A stretch of 64,000 nt of DNA from Kiritimatiellia bacterium (GTDB lineage: Bacteria > Verrucomicrobiota > Kiritimatiellia > RFP12 > UBA1067): the NCBI GenBank assembly GCA_050949565.1, contig JBMNFY010000020.1, forward strand, positions 1-64,000. The letters are read 5' to 3'. Position 1 is the first letter of the stretch; each line of letters begins with the position of its first letter. A program made the translations under genes and the position numbers. The notes beneath the pieces were generated by a model, which made no database searches, was not told where the DNA came from, and was given only the letters and a program-made list of their open reading frames with translations. This document shows, piece by piece, positions 48,219 through 59,200 of this stretch.

Positions 48219-49289
48219 ATGCTGACAAGTGATTTTGATTATGAATTGCCGCAGGAGTTGATCGCGCAGGAGCCGCCTGCTGAACGTGGAGCTTCACGCA
48301 TGATGGTGCTGCACCGCGCGGAGGGGCGCCTGGAGCATCGCCACGTGGCCGACCTGCCGGAGTATCTCTCGGTGAATGACTTGCTGGTCCTGAACGACAC
48401 GCGTGTGTTTCCGGCGCGCATCCGGGGGCAGTGGGTGGATACCGGCGGGGCGTTCGAGTTGCTGCTGGTCGAGCCGGTCTCGGGTGATGCCGAAGCGGCG
48501 TCCGGCGAAAACGTGTGGCGGTGCATCACCGGCTCGGGACGACCGGTTCGAGCCGGACAGCGCGCAATCTTTGCCGAGGGGAACTTGACCGCCGAGCCGC
48601 TTGCTAAAAATGACAACGGCACATGGGATGTGCGCCTGTGCTCGGCGGAACCGCTGATGGCGGTGCTGGAGCAGTACGGGCTTACACCGGTGCCACCCTA
48701 TATCCACCGCAGTGGCGATGAACGCCAGGCGCGACTGGACCGTGAGCGGTACCAGACCGTCTATGCGCGCGAGACCGGCGCGGTGGCGGCACCGACGGCC
48801 GGGTTGCATTTTACGGAGTCCCTGTTCGACGCGCTTGCGGCTAAGGGCGTGCGGCGCGCGACGGTCACGTTGCATGTGGGGCCGGGCACCTTCAAGCCGG
48901 TCAAGACCGATACCGTGGAGGCGCACCGCATGGATGCCGAGCGCTATGCGGTGCCGCAGGCCACGGTTGACGCGATTCGCGACTGTCGGGCGCGCGGCGG
49001 ACGCGTCGTGGCGGTCGGCAGTACCAGTGTGCGCACGTTGGAGAGCGTGGCGGCGGCGCACGGCGGCGAAGTGGTCGCGACCGCCGGTTCCAGCACCATC
49101 TTTATCTATCCGCCTTACCGCTTCCAGGCGACCGATATGATGCTCACGAATTTCCATTTGCCGCGTTCGACGCTGATCATGATGGTCGCGGCGCTGGCCG
49201 GGCGCGAGCGCATTCTGGCGGCCTACCGCGAGGCAGTCCGTCAACGTTACCGTTTCTTCAGCTACGGGGATTGTATGCTGATCGTGTAA
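48219..49289 (+). CDS. queA: S-adenosylmethionine:tRNA ribosyltransferase-isomerase (copy 2)
   Basis: Same motifs; three amino-acid differences seen relative to copy 1. Confidence 0.97.
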   Translation: MLTSDFDYELPQELIAQEPPAERGASRMMVLHRAEGRLEHRHVADLPEYLSVNDLLVLNDTRVFPARIRGQWVDTGGAFELLLVEPVSGDAEAASGENVWRCITGSGRPVRAGQRAIFAEGNLTAEPLAKNDNGTWDVRLCSAEPLMAVLEQYGLTPVPPYIHRSGDERQARLDRERYQTVYARETGAVAAPTAGLHFTESLFDALAAKGVRRATVTLHVGPGTFKPVKTDTVEAHRMDAERYAVPQATVDAIRDCRARGGRVVAVGSTSVRTLESVAAAHGGEVVATAGSSTIFIYPPYRFQATDMMLTNFHLPRSTLIMMVAALAGRERILAAYREAVRQRYRFFSYGDCMLIV

Positions 49290-49400
49290 GACTTCAATGT
49301 TGTTTCTGACAGGGTAATTCGGTAGACTGATGCGCGATTTTTGGGTGACGTGCGTCCGGACGCATTGTCCTGATCTGATTGTGTGAAGAGAGGCTTTTTT

Positions 49401-49739
49401 ATGACGATGAGTAAGGTCGCGGAGGTGCTGCAGGCAGAGGTTCTTGTCAAAGGGGACGGTATGTCGCGCCGCGTCGGACACGTGATGGCGTCGGATTTGA
49501 TGAGCGACGTATTACTGGTCGATGAGGAGGATATGCTGCTGTTGACTTCTCTGGCCAGTGATCAGGTCTTGCGTACCGCCCAGATTGTTGGCGCGGTGGG
49601 GGTGGTTGTCGTGAATGGCAAGCCGCTGCCCTCTTCGATGGTGAATGTGGCGAATGATCTCGGCATGACCTTGGCCACCAGCCGTCTGTCCAAGTATGAT
49701 GCTTGTGTGGCGGTGCATACCGCCCGCCATCCGTTATGA
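49401..49739 (+). CDS. DRTGG-domain protein (copy 2)
   Basis: Translation identical to 44782-45120. Confidence 0.8.
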   Translation: MTMSKVAEVLQAEVLVKGDGMSRRVGHVMASDLMSDVLLVDEEDMLLLTSLASDQVLRTAQIVGAVGVVVVNGKPLPSSMVNVANDLGMTLATSRLSKYDACVAVHTARHPL

Positions 49740-50704
49740 GCACGTCCGACAGCCAGCCTCCCATTGCGCCGGAGGAGCGCACTACGTTGGGAGAGACGGA
49801 CAACGATCCGATCGTGCTGCTTGAACTCATCCAGCGCCTGAAGGTGCGTGATGTGATGACCTCGAATCTGGTGACGGTGCCGCGCGACGCAACGATGCAG
49901 CAGGCGCAGGAGTTGATGCGCCAAAAAAAGATCAGCAGCGTGCCGGTCGAGGAGAAGGGGCGTCTCTTCGGTTTGGTCAGTATCGATGACATCATTCGGG
50001 CGCTGGTCGCGGGCACGATCCATGAGTCGTGCGGACGTCACATGACAACCAAGCTGGTGGTGCTAGAGGACGACATGCCGCTCTCCTTCGCGCTGCGTTA
50101 TTTCGACCGTTACCACTATGGGCGCTTCCCGGTTATCAATCGCGACCGCCAACTCGTGGGCATCATCTGCCATCGTGACATCAACCGCGCGTTGCTGGTT
50201 GAACTAACGCAGGAGTTGCACCGTCTTGAGGGAGCCTCGCTCCAGAAAGATGGTGACGATGGGTCGGGGAGCCTTTATCTCTTGCGCGAATTCCCGATTT
50301 GTAAGTATGATTTTGAGAACGCTGGGAAGGCCGCGAATCAAATCAAGCAGGTGTTGCAGGAAAAGAAACTCCCACCGAAGATCATCCGGCGGATCGCAGT
50401 GGCGGCGTATGAACTGGAGATCAACCTGTGTGTACACTCCGATGGCGGGGTGCTCTCGTGGCAGATCTCGAACGGACGCTCAGAGATAGTCGCACGCGAT
50501 GCAGGCCCCGGCATTGAGGATGTCGAGTGGGCTTGCCGTGACGGTGCCTCTACCGCCAACGAGTGGATCCGGTCGTTGGGGTTTGGCGCGGGCATGGGCT
50601 TGGTGAATGTGCGGCGGGTTTCGGATGAGTTTGACATCAAGTCGAAAAAGGGTTCGGGAACAACAGTGAAGTCGATCATCTACATCGAGGACAAGGCATC
50701 ATGA
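49736..50704 (+). CDS. CBS-pair plus HATPase_c protein (copy 2)
   Basis: Translation identical to 45117-46085. Confidence 0.85.
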   Translation: MSTSDSQPPIAPEERTTLGETDNDPIVLLELIQRLKVRDVMTSNLVTVPRDATMQQAQELMRQKKISSVPVEEKGRLFGLVSIDDIIRALVAGTIHESCGRHMTTKLVVLEDDMPLSFALRYFDRYHYGRFPVINRDRQLVGIICHRDINRALLVELTQELHRLEGASLQKDGDDGSGSLYLLREFPICKYDFENAGKAANQIKQVLQEKKLPPKIIRRIAVAAYELEINLCVHSDGGVLSWQISNGRSEIVARDAGPGIEDVEWACRDGASTANEWIRSLGFGAGMGLVNVRRVSDEFDIKSKKGSGTTVKSIIYIEDKAS

Positions 50705-51045
50705 CACTGAACGCGTTGATTGTTGCTTGTGGTTGGGAACCGGCGCTGGTGCCGGACCCCGAGGTTGAGGTGTCGGGCGCGTATGTGTCGGACCTGCTGA
50801 GCGATGTGATGGCTCACTGCCCGGACGGTGCCGTGTTGATCACGGTGCAGAACCACACCAACTCGGTGGCGGTCTGTACGCTGGTGGGCGCGCCAGCCAT
50901 TGTGCTCGTACACAACCGGGAGATTCCGGAAGAGATGCAAGCCGCGGCCTCGCGTGAAGGTGTCGCGTTGTTGCGGACGACGGACGACCAGTTCCATGCA
51001 GCCTTGAGGGTTGGGAAGGCACTTGGAATCGGAGTGGGTGAATAA
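50701..51045 (+). CDS. DRTGG-domain protein (copy 2)
   Basis: Translation identical to 46082-46426. Confidence 0.8.
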   Translation: MTLNALIVACGWEPALVPDPEVEVSGAYVSDLLSDVMAHCPDGAVLITVQNHTNSVAVCTLVGAPAIVLVHNREIPEEMQAAASREGVALLRTTDDQFHAALRVGKALGIGVGE

Positions 51046-51174
51046 GGATTGTAAAGGCTCTTGCAAAACCCTTCGTGACATGGGCGTCCCGCCCATGAAA
51101 CACGGGCAAGATGCCCGTGCCATGCCTATGAACAAGGGTTTTTGGAAGAGACGCGATAGACAGTTGGAGGAAGT

Positions 51175-52464
51175 ATGAACGTGAAGCTGATGGCGTTGGG
51201 GTTGTTGGTGCCGGTATTCGCTTGGGCGCAAACGGTCGAGGTGCGCGCGGATCGCGATTCGCATGTGTATCGGTGCGGGGAACCGACCACGTTCACGGTG
51301 CGTGTGGTGGACAAAGATAACCAGCCACTGACGGCGGGACAGCTTAGCGTCGTACTGTCGAACTTTGGGACGCAGCAGGTCGCGTATGCTGCCTTTGATC
51401 TTGCGAAAGCGAATCCCGTGACATGCACCGGCACGTTGCACGAGCCGGGTTTTCTTAAGTGCACTGCCGTTGTCAAACTCGACAAGGCGCAGGTCAGGGG
51501 AGTTTCCGGCGCGGCCTACGAGCCGGAAAAGATTGTGGCCGGTTCGCCCCGACCGGCCGATTTTGACGCCTATTGGGATGCGGCGATTGCGCGGCTTGAG
51601 GCCGAAGTGCCGCTTGATCCGCGTGTCGAACGCTTCGATCGTTACTGCTCAGACAAGCACGAGGCGTTTAAGGTGAGTTTCGCGACGTTTGACGGCCTGC
51701 GCGTGTATGGGTTCCTCAGCGTCCCTAAGGGGCCGGGGCCTTTCCCGGTGGAAGTCAATGTGCCGGGCGCGGGGCCGGGCACGACGGGCCCCAACGTTGG
51801 CATGGCGGATCGCGGATTTATCCATTTGGTGATGAACGTTCATCCTTTCGAGCCGGCGGCGGATGCCGAAGGCCAGAAAAAGCTATATGCCGAACAGGAT
51901 CGCCAAGTGCAGGAGCGTTACGGCGTGAAGCGCTATTGCCTCGCGGGTGCGGCACAGCGCGAGACCTATTTCTACTACCGGATCATGTTGGGCATTAACC
52001 GTGCGGTCAACTGGGTGGCGGCCCGCCCGGATGTCGACAAGACGCACTTTGCTTACACGGGTAGCAGCCAGGGCGGGGGATTCGGTTTCTATCTCTTGGG
52101 GCTCAACCGTCACTTTACAAAGGGCGTGATTCATGTGCCTGCGATCACGGACTTGCTGGGCTTTCAAAAGGGACGCGACTCCGGGTGGCCGAAGCTGATT
52201 GAAAATATGCGGGAGTCCGACAAGGCCGCCGCCATAAAGGCTGCGCCTTATTTCGACGGTGCGCATTTTGCGCCCCGGATTACTTGCCCCGTGCGTGTGT
52301 CGGTCGGTTTCATTGATGAAACCTGCCCGCCTGCCGCTGTGTATGCGGGCTATAATGCCCTGCGCGTTGCCGACAAAGAGATCGGACACGGCATCGGCAT
52401 GCCGCACAGGGTCTTCCCCGAGTTCTACAATCGGTTCGATCAGCAATGGCTGAGACAGAGATGA
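51175..52464 (+). CDS. Acetylxylan esterase CE7 (copy 2)
   Basis: Translation identical to 46556-47845. Confidence 0.88.
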   Translation: MNVKLMALGLLVPVFAWAQTVEVRADRDSHVYRCGEPTTFTVRVVDKDNQPLTAGQLSVVLSNFGTQQVAYAAFDLAKANPVTCTGTLHEPGFLKCTAVVKLDKAQVRGVSGAAYEPEKIVAGSPRPADFDAYWDAAIARLEAEVPLDPRVERFDRYCSDKHEAFKVSFATFDGLRVYGFLSVPKGPGPFPVEVNVPGAGPGTTGPNVGMADRGFIHLVMNVHPFEPAADAEGQKKLYAEQDRQVQERYGVKRYCLAGAAQRETYFYYRIMLGINRAVNWVAARPDVDKTHFAYTGSSQGGGFGFYLLGLNRHFTKGVIHVPAITDLLGFQKGRDSGWPKLIENMRESDKAAAIKAAPYFDGAHFAPRITCPVRVSVGFIDETCPPAAVYAGYNALRVADKEIGHGIGMPHRVFPEFYNRFDQQWLRQR

Positions 52465-52567
52465 GTCCGCGCCTTCCGCGCTGCGCGCGGATTTAGGATT
52501 TGAGATTTAGGATTTAGGAATTGGCGCTGCTCGGCTTTTTTATCCACAGATTTTTTTGGTGCGGGGT

Positions 52568-52651
52568 TGGCCGCAAGTCGCAAGCCGTAAGTCGCGGGTC
52601 AACCTCTCTTGTTGCGACCACGTGGTGGTTCGCAACCGTGAGAGTAAAAGC
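52568..52651 (+). repeat. GCAAGTC heptamers plus degenerate element A
   Basis: tggccgcaagtcgcaag...gtcaacctctcttgttgcgaccacgtggtggttcgcaa. Confidence 0.75.
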
Positions 52652-52728
52652 CGGACCATGTCTTTCCGTGTTCTGCGTTCCGTGGTTAAACAATCGATCC
52701 CGATAGCGATCCCGATCCCGATTTGGAT

Positions 52729-53155
52729 GAAACCCCGAAACCCTGAAACCCCGAAACCCGAAACCCCGAAACCCCGAAACCCGAAACCCTGAAACCCCGA
52801 AACCCCGAAACCCCGAAACCCGAAACCCTGAAACCCTGAAACCCCGAAACCCCGAAACCCGAAACCCTGAAACCCCGAAACCCGAAACCCTGAAACCCCG
52901 AAACCCCGAAACCCGAAACCCCGAAACCCGAAACCCCGAAACCCCGAAACCCGAAACCCTGAAACCCCGAAACCCGAAACCCTGAAACCCCGAAACCCCG
53001 AAACCCCGAAACCCTGAAACCCGAAACCCCGAAACCCCGAAACCCGAAACCCTGAAACCCCGAACCCCGAAACCCCGAAACCCCGAAACCCGAACCCCCG
53101 AAACCCCGAAACCCTGAAACCCGAAACCCTGAAACCCTGAAACCCCGAAACCTGA
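52729..53155 (+). repeat. About 425-bp microsatellite of GAAACCC/GAAACCCC/GAAACCCT units
   Basis: Continuous 7/8-mer array; minus strand reads (GGGGTTTC/AGGGTTTC/GGGTTTC)n. Confidence 0.97.
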
Positions 53156-53235
53156 ATTCCGGCTTGCCTCAAAGCATCGATCTGGTTACGCTCTACCTCG
53201 GTCGCGTATGTGTCATGTGGCAGGAGGGTGCGTCT

Positions 53236-56200
53236 ATGAAACGGATACGAGTCGCAGTTTGGGTATCAGCCGTCCTCGGGACGGCGGCTATCGCGCAAGA
53301 GATCGGGTATGTGGAGCGCTTCAGTCTGGCGCAGGACCGCGAGGCCGCGCTGCAGGAACTGGTGCCCGGCACGGACGATGATTATTTCTATCGTGCGCTG
53401 CACGCCCAGAATAGCGGGGAACGCGACCGCTTCAAGGAGATCATGGCGCGCTGGCAGCGCGACCGCGATGGGGAACTGGTCAGGCCGGCGCGCGAACTTC
53501 GCGACCGTCAGGCGTTGCTCGATTACGAGCGGGAGCCGCAGGCCACGCTCGACTACTTAAGGAGGGAACTCGGTCTGAACTTCGCGCACGCGCGCCGTAC
53601 CGAGAAGCGGGTGAGCCGCGCGCCGTCGCACTTCGACAACGCCGCGCTCGCGCCGGATGCGCTGCGCGAACACGCTTTGCGCGACCCCCGTTCGCTGGAG
53701 GATCTCAGCGATGAAGGCCTCGCGTTTGTCGCCGCCGCGAAGCTCACCGACGACCAACGGCGCAGCCTGCTCGCGCGTCTGCGGCGTCCCGACCTGCCGA
53801 ATCTGGTCGATCTGGTCGCGGCTGATCTCGCCGCACGTGGCAGCCGGGGCTTCGGTCACCACCCCGTGCATGCGCAAATGACGCTGTCACAGTTGGACGA
53901 CCTGTTGCGCCGCATGCCGAGGCTGCGCAACGAGCAGGCTTTTGCGCTGGCTTATCTGGCTGCGCTCGTGCCGGCGGACGAGGTGGATCTCGACACCGAT
54001 GCGGCTGCGCGTCAAGCCTACTTCGAACGGCTCTGGGCCTATGCGAGTACGCTGGAGCCTGCGCACAACTCGCTCAAGGTGAATGTGCTCTACAACCGTC
54101 TGCGCCATGACCTGACGCAAGGTGTTTTTGACCGTGCTCGCTTTCTGGAATACCTCAAGTTGCCGCGCCAGGTGTCAACCTTGCGCCCCGAGTTTCTTGA
54201 GCGCGTTCCGCACGCCAACCAGATCGCCCGGCTCGATCAAGATTTCAAGCTGATCGCTCTGCCGCCGGTGCCGCAGGAGGAGCCGCTGGTACGCCGCTTC
54301 CTGCTGGAGTTTTTTAAGCAGGACAAGGACTACCGCGCCTTTGAAACTTACCTGCGCGATGATGTCCTGAAGCCGCTCTTCGCGGAGGCGAAGATTGTCA
54401 ACGGCATCGGCGAGCCGCAGCAGTGGGTGCCGTTGCTGACGCCTGCCGCCTACGCGCGCCTCAAGGAGCGGGTGGACATCGATTTCGCCGAGACCAATCC
54501 GCTCGAGTTCAGCACCGATGCCCCCGTGCGCTTGACCGCCGCGCTCAAAAACGTGCCGACCCTGCTGGTGAAGATTTACGAGATCAACACGTTCAACTAC
54601 TACCGTGAGACCGGACGACCGCTCAATCTGGCCATCAACCTTGACGGACTTGTGGCCTCGGTGTCACGCCGCATCGAGTATGCCGAACCCGCCGAGCGGC
54701 GTCACACGCAGACCTTCGAGTTCCCCGAGATCCAAAAGCGCGGCGTCTATGTGGTGGAACTGATCGGCAACGGCAAGAGCAGCCGTGCGCTGGTGCAGAA
54801 GGGACGGCTCGACGTGCTGCAGGAGGTGACCGCGGCCGGACACGCCTTTACGGTGTTCGACGAGATCGGGAAGCGCGTGACTGATGCTTCGGGCTGGTTG
54901 GGCGGACGCGCCTTCGCGGCCGCCAAAGACGGCCGCATCATCGTGCCGTTCTCGACGGCACCGGGCACGGAACACCTGATCGTCCGGCACGGCGATTTTG
55001 CCACGCGCGTCGCGTTCGACCATCTGGCCGAGCGGTACGAGCTTTCGGCGGGCATCTACGTGGAGCGCGAAGCGCTGATCCGCCGCGAACGGGCGCAGAT
55101 CGCCGTTCGTCCGAACCTGCGTCTCAACGGCCAGCCGGTCAGCGTGAAACTTTTGAAAGAGGTGCGACTGACGGTACAGGCGATCGATCTGCAGGGGCTC
55201 GTGACCACCAAAGAGTTTCCCGCCCTGACTCTGCGCGAGGATGCTGAAACCGTGCAGGAGATTCTGGTGCCGGAGCAAACGGTCGCGCTCGACGTGACCC
55301 TGCACGCCGAGATTCAAAATATCAGCGTGAACCAGAAACAGAAGCTGAGCCATACGGCGCATTTTGCTCTTAACGAGATGGAACGGACACCGCTGACACG
55401 CGCGCTCTATTTCGGGCGCGACGTCGATGGCCACTACGCCGACTTGCGCGGCAAGAATGGCGAACCGCTGGCTGGCGAGCCGATCCATCTGCAGCTCCGG
55501 CACCGCTACTTCCAGTCCGACACCATCAGTGCCCATCTGAAGACCGATAAGAACGGTCGCGTGCGGCTGGGCGCACTTGATGGCGTACGTTCGCTTTCCA
55601 TCACTTCCAGCGATGGGGTGTCCGGCTCTTGGCAACCGTTGCACGATGTTTGCACCCTGCCGGAGGCGCTACACGGCAGGGCGGGCGACACGCTGCGCGT
55701 GGCATTGCCGCCGGGTGCCGATCCGGCGGCCACGTTGCTGGAAACCCGGCGCGGTCGATTCGTGAAGGAGTGGAACGCCGCATTGGCGGTGAAGGATGGC
55801 TTTTTGGAACTGCGCGGGTTGCCGGCCGGTGACTATTCGCTCTGGCTCGCCGAACCCGCGCGGGAGATCGCGGTGCGTATGACGCAGGGCGAGTCGCGTG
55901 ACGGCTTTGTGGTGGGATCGCGCCGTGCGTTGGAACTGCCGCGCCTCAAACCGCTTGCGGTGACTGCCGTCACGCCCGGCAAGCAGACGATTGAAATCCG
56001 GCTGGCGAATGTCACGCCGTTCGTCCGCGTGCATGTGGTGGCGACGCGCTATCAACCAGCCTACGACCTGTTTGCCCGGCTTGGTGCGACTGCAGCCGCG
56101 CGCCCGCTGTGCCAGCCTTGGCAGTCGGCGCGCGCGTTTTACGAATCAGGGCGCGACATCGGCGACGAGTACCGCTATATCCTCGACCGCCAGCAGGCGC

Positions 56201-59200
56201 GCACGTTCCCCGGCAACATGCTGGAACGCCCCGGCCTGTTGCTAAATCCCTGGGCGTTGCGCACGACCGACTCCGACAAAGAACGGCTCAAGGCAGGCGG
56301 CGCGTATGCGGGCCGCGCAGCGCGGGAGGCCAAAGCCGACGGGCGTGGCGCGGCGGTGCCTGCGGAACGGGGGGGGGCAGGGACGACCGAGGGCTTTGCC
56401 TCGCTTGACTTCCTGCGCCAGCCCGCCGTGACGCTGTTGAATCTGGTGCCGGACAAGTCGGGGACGCTCTCGATTCCGCGTGAGGCGCTCAAGGGGCTGC
56501 CCTGCTTGCGTGTGCTGGCGGTGGACCCGACAGCCACCGTGCTCGCGTGCGCCTATCTTGAAGACACGCCGGTCGAGACGCGCGATCTGCGGTTGGCCGA
56601 CGGACTGGAGCCGGCCAAGCCGTTTGCCGAGCAGAAGCTGATCACGCCGCTGCAAGCCGGCGAGACGGTGGCGGTGGCCGACTTGGCGGCCGCGCGGTTC
56701 AAAGTGTTCGGCACAGTCGCAGACCTCTATCGGCTCCTTGCTACGCTCAATCCCGATCCGACCTTCGCCGAGTTCGACTTCGTGGCGAAGTGGGACAAAC
56801 TGGATGAAGCGGAACAGCGTCGCCTCTACTCCAAGTATGCCTGTCATGAGTTGCACCTCTTCCTTTATCACAAAGACCCGCGCTTCTACGAGGCGGTGGT
56901 CGCGCCCGCGCTCGCCAATAAAAAAGACAAAACCTTTATCGACCACTGGTTGCTGGGCGACGATCTGAGCGGCTTTCTGGAGCCGTGGCGTTTCGGGCGT
57001 CTGAACGCGGCCGAGCGCGCGCTGCTGGGCAAGCGCTTGCGCGCCAAGGCACTTTCGCTGGCGCGGGACGCGCGCGAACGTGCCGACCTGACGCCGCCGG
57101 ACATGGAGGCGTTCAACCGGCGTTTCGACACTGCCATCCAGGCCGGTGCGTTGGAAGACGAGGCAACTGCCACTGAAATCTTGGCTCGGGAGAACGCACA
57201 GGATCCGTTCGATACCGCACCGTCGAAACCGAAATCGGCTGGGGCACCTCAAGCTCTCCGCGCGGCGAGACAGGAAGCCGCCCCCGCTCCGAGTGCCGCA
57301 TTTGATCAGGTCATGACCGTCAAAAGCCCAGTGATTTTGAAGAACATGTATGCATCGGCGAGAGACACGGGGACGCGTCAGGCCAAAAAGCGTGACGAGT
57401 CGGTCAGCGGGTTAGAGGACAAGGATGACATCCCGGTTTTCCTTGAAGAGTTGTCCGCTGAACGCGACCAAGGACGGCGCTTCTTCCAGAAGCTGGACAA
57501 GACGCAGGAGTGGGCGGAGAACAATTACTGGCACCAGCCGATTGAGCGGCAGATTGCTACGCTGGTCGCGGATAACGGCTTCTGGGCCGACTACGCGATG
57601 CACGACGGCCGGACGCCCTTCCTCTCGAAAGCGCTGCTGGAAACGACCTCGTCGTTTACTGAAATGATGTTGGCACTGGCGGTGCTGCAGGTGCCGTTCG
57701 AGGCTGGCGCGCACACGGAGCAGGTCGAGGGTGCGTCCTACACGTTGAAAGCGGCCTCGCCCTTGCTGCTTTTCCACCGCGAGATTCGCGAGAGTGCACG
57801 CGCCAAAGAGGCCGACTCGGTGCTGGTTGCGCAGCGCTTCTTCCGCGCGGACGACCGTGCCCGCTTTGAAAACGAGAAGAAGTTTGACAAGTGGGTGACC
57901 GATGAGTTTTTACCGCAGGTGGTCTACGGCACGCATGTGGTGCTGACGAATCCCACCGGCGAGCCCCAGGCGCTGAACGCCTTGCTGCAGATCCCGGTCG
58001 GTTCGATTCCCGTGAATGCCGGGTTCACGTCGAAAGGCGTTTATCTGGTGCTGGAGCCTTATGCCACCCAGACCTTGGAGTATTTCTTTACCTTCCCGGC
58101 GACCGGGCGTTTCGCGCACTATCCGGTGACCCTTGCGAAAGAAGGGCGCGTGATCGGCGCGGCCGAGCCATTCACATTCAACGTCGTGGAGCGGCTGAGC
58201 CGCGCCGACACCGAGTCGTGGGCGTGGCTCTCGCAGAACGGCACGGCGGAGCAGGTATACGCGTTTCTCGACAAGGCCAATATCCATCGGCTCGATCTGA
58301 ATGAGATCGCGTGGCGCATGAAAGACAAAGCCTTTTTCAAAACGGTGATCAGCCTGCTGGAGGCGCGCCACATCTATCACGACACGCTCTGGTCGTACGG
58401 TATTCTGCACAACGAGCCTACGGTGATCCGTCCGTTCCTGCAGCATTCGTCCTTTGCGACACGGTGCGGCCTGTGGCTGGAGTCGCCGCTGCTGTCGCTG
58501 AATCCGGTCGAGCGTTTCGTTTATCAGCACCTTGAATACGCGCCGCTCGTCAATCCACGCGCGCATCAGGTCGGCGCACAGCGTACCATCCTGAATCCGG
58601 CCTTCCTGCGCCAGTACCAGCATTTCATGACGGTGCTCCGCTACAAGCCCCGTCTGTCGGCCGCCGACACGTTGGCGGTGGCCTACTACATGGCGTTGCA
58701 AGACCGCGTGGCCGAAGCGTTGGAGACCTTCGGACGGGTGAAGCGCGACGAGATTACAGAGAAGCTACAGTACGACTATCTGGCGGCGTATCTGGCCTTT
58801 TACACCGGCGACCTTGAGCGGGCGCGCGCGTTGGCCAAGGCGCATGCGAACGAAGGCGTGGCGCGTTGGCGCGACCGCTTTGCGCAAGTGTTGGCGCAGC
58901 TCGATGAGATCGCCGGGAGCGGAAGCGGTGCCACGCCGGTCAATGCGGAGAGTCGCGACCAAGCGCAAGGCGCGCTGGCCGCGACCGAGCCGACACTGGA
59001 GTTACTGGTGGAGGCGGGACGCATCCAGCTCGACACACGCAATGTGGCGGAAGTCACGCTCAACTTCTATCCGATGGACATCGAGTTACTCTTCTCACGC
59101 AACCCCTTTCTGCAGGAGGGGGCCGCGCAATTCGCCTTCATCCGGCCGGTGGCGAGCCGGACGGTTGCGGTCGCCGCCGGGCAGAAACGTACCACGGCGG

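Larger units (their letters stand above)
43280..52522. repeat. Tandem duplication of about 4.62 kb (43280-47903 and 47904-52522)
   Basis: gtcaggaaacggttaatttt at 43280 and 47904; ggatttaggaattg ends both copies; genes offset by 4619 bp. Confidence 0.97.

Noticed and set aside
52540-53172. 210-aa minus-strand ORF (GFRGFGVS repeats)
   Set aside because: Translation of the microsatellite; no evidence of a real gene
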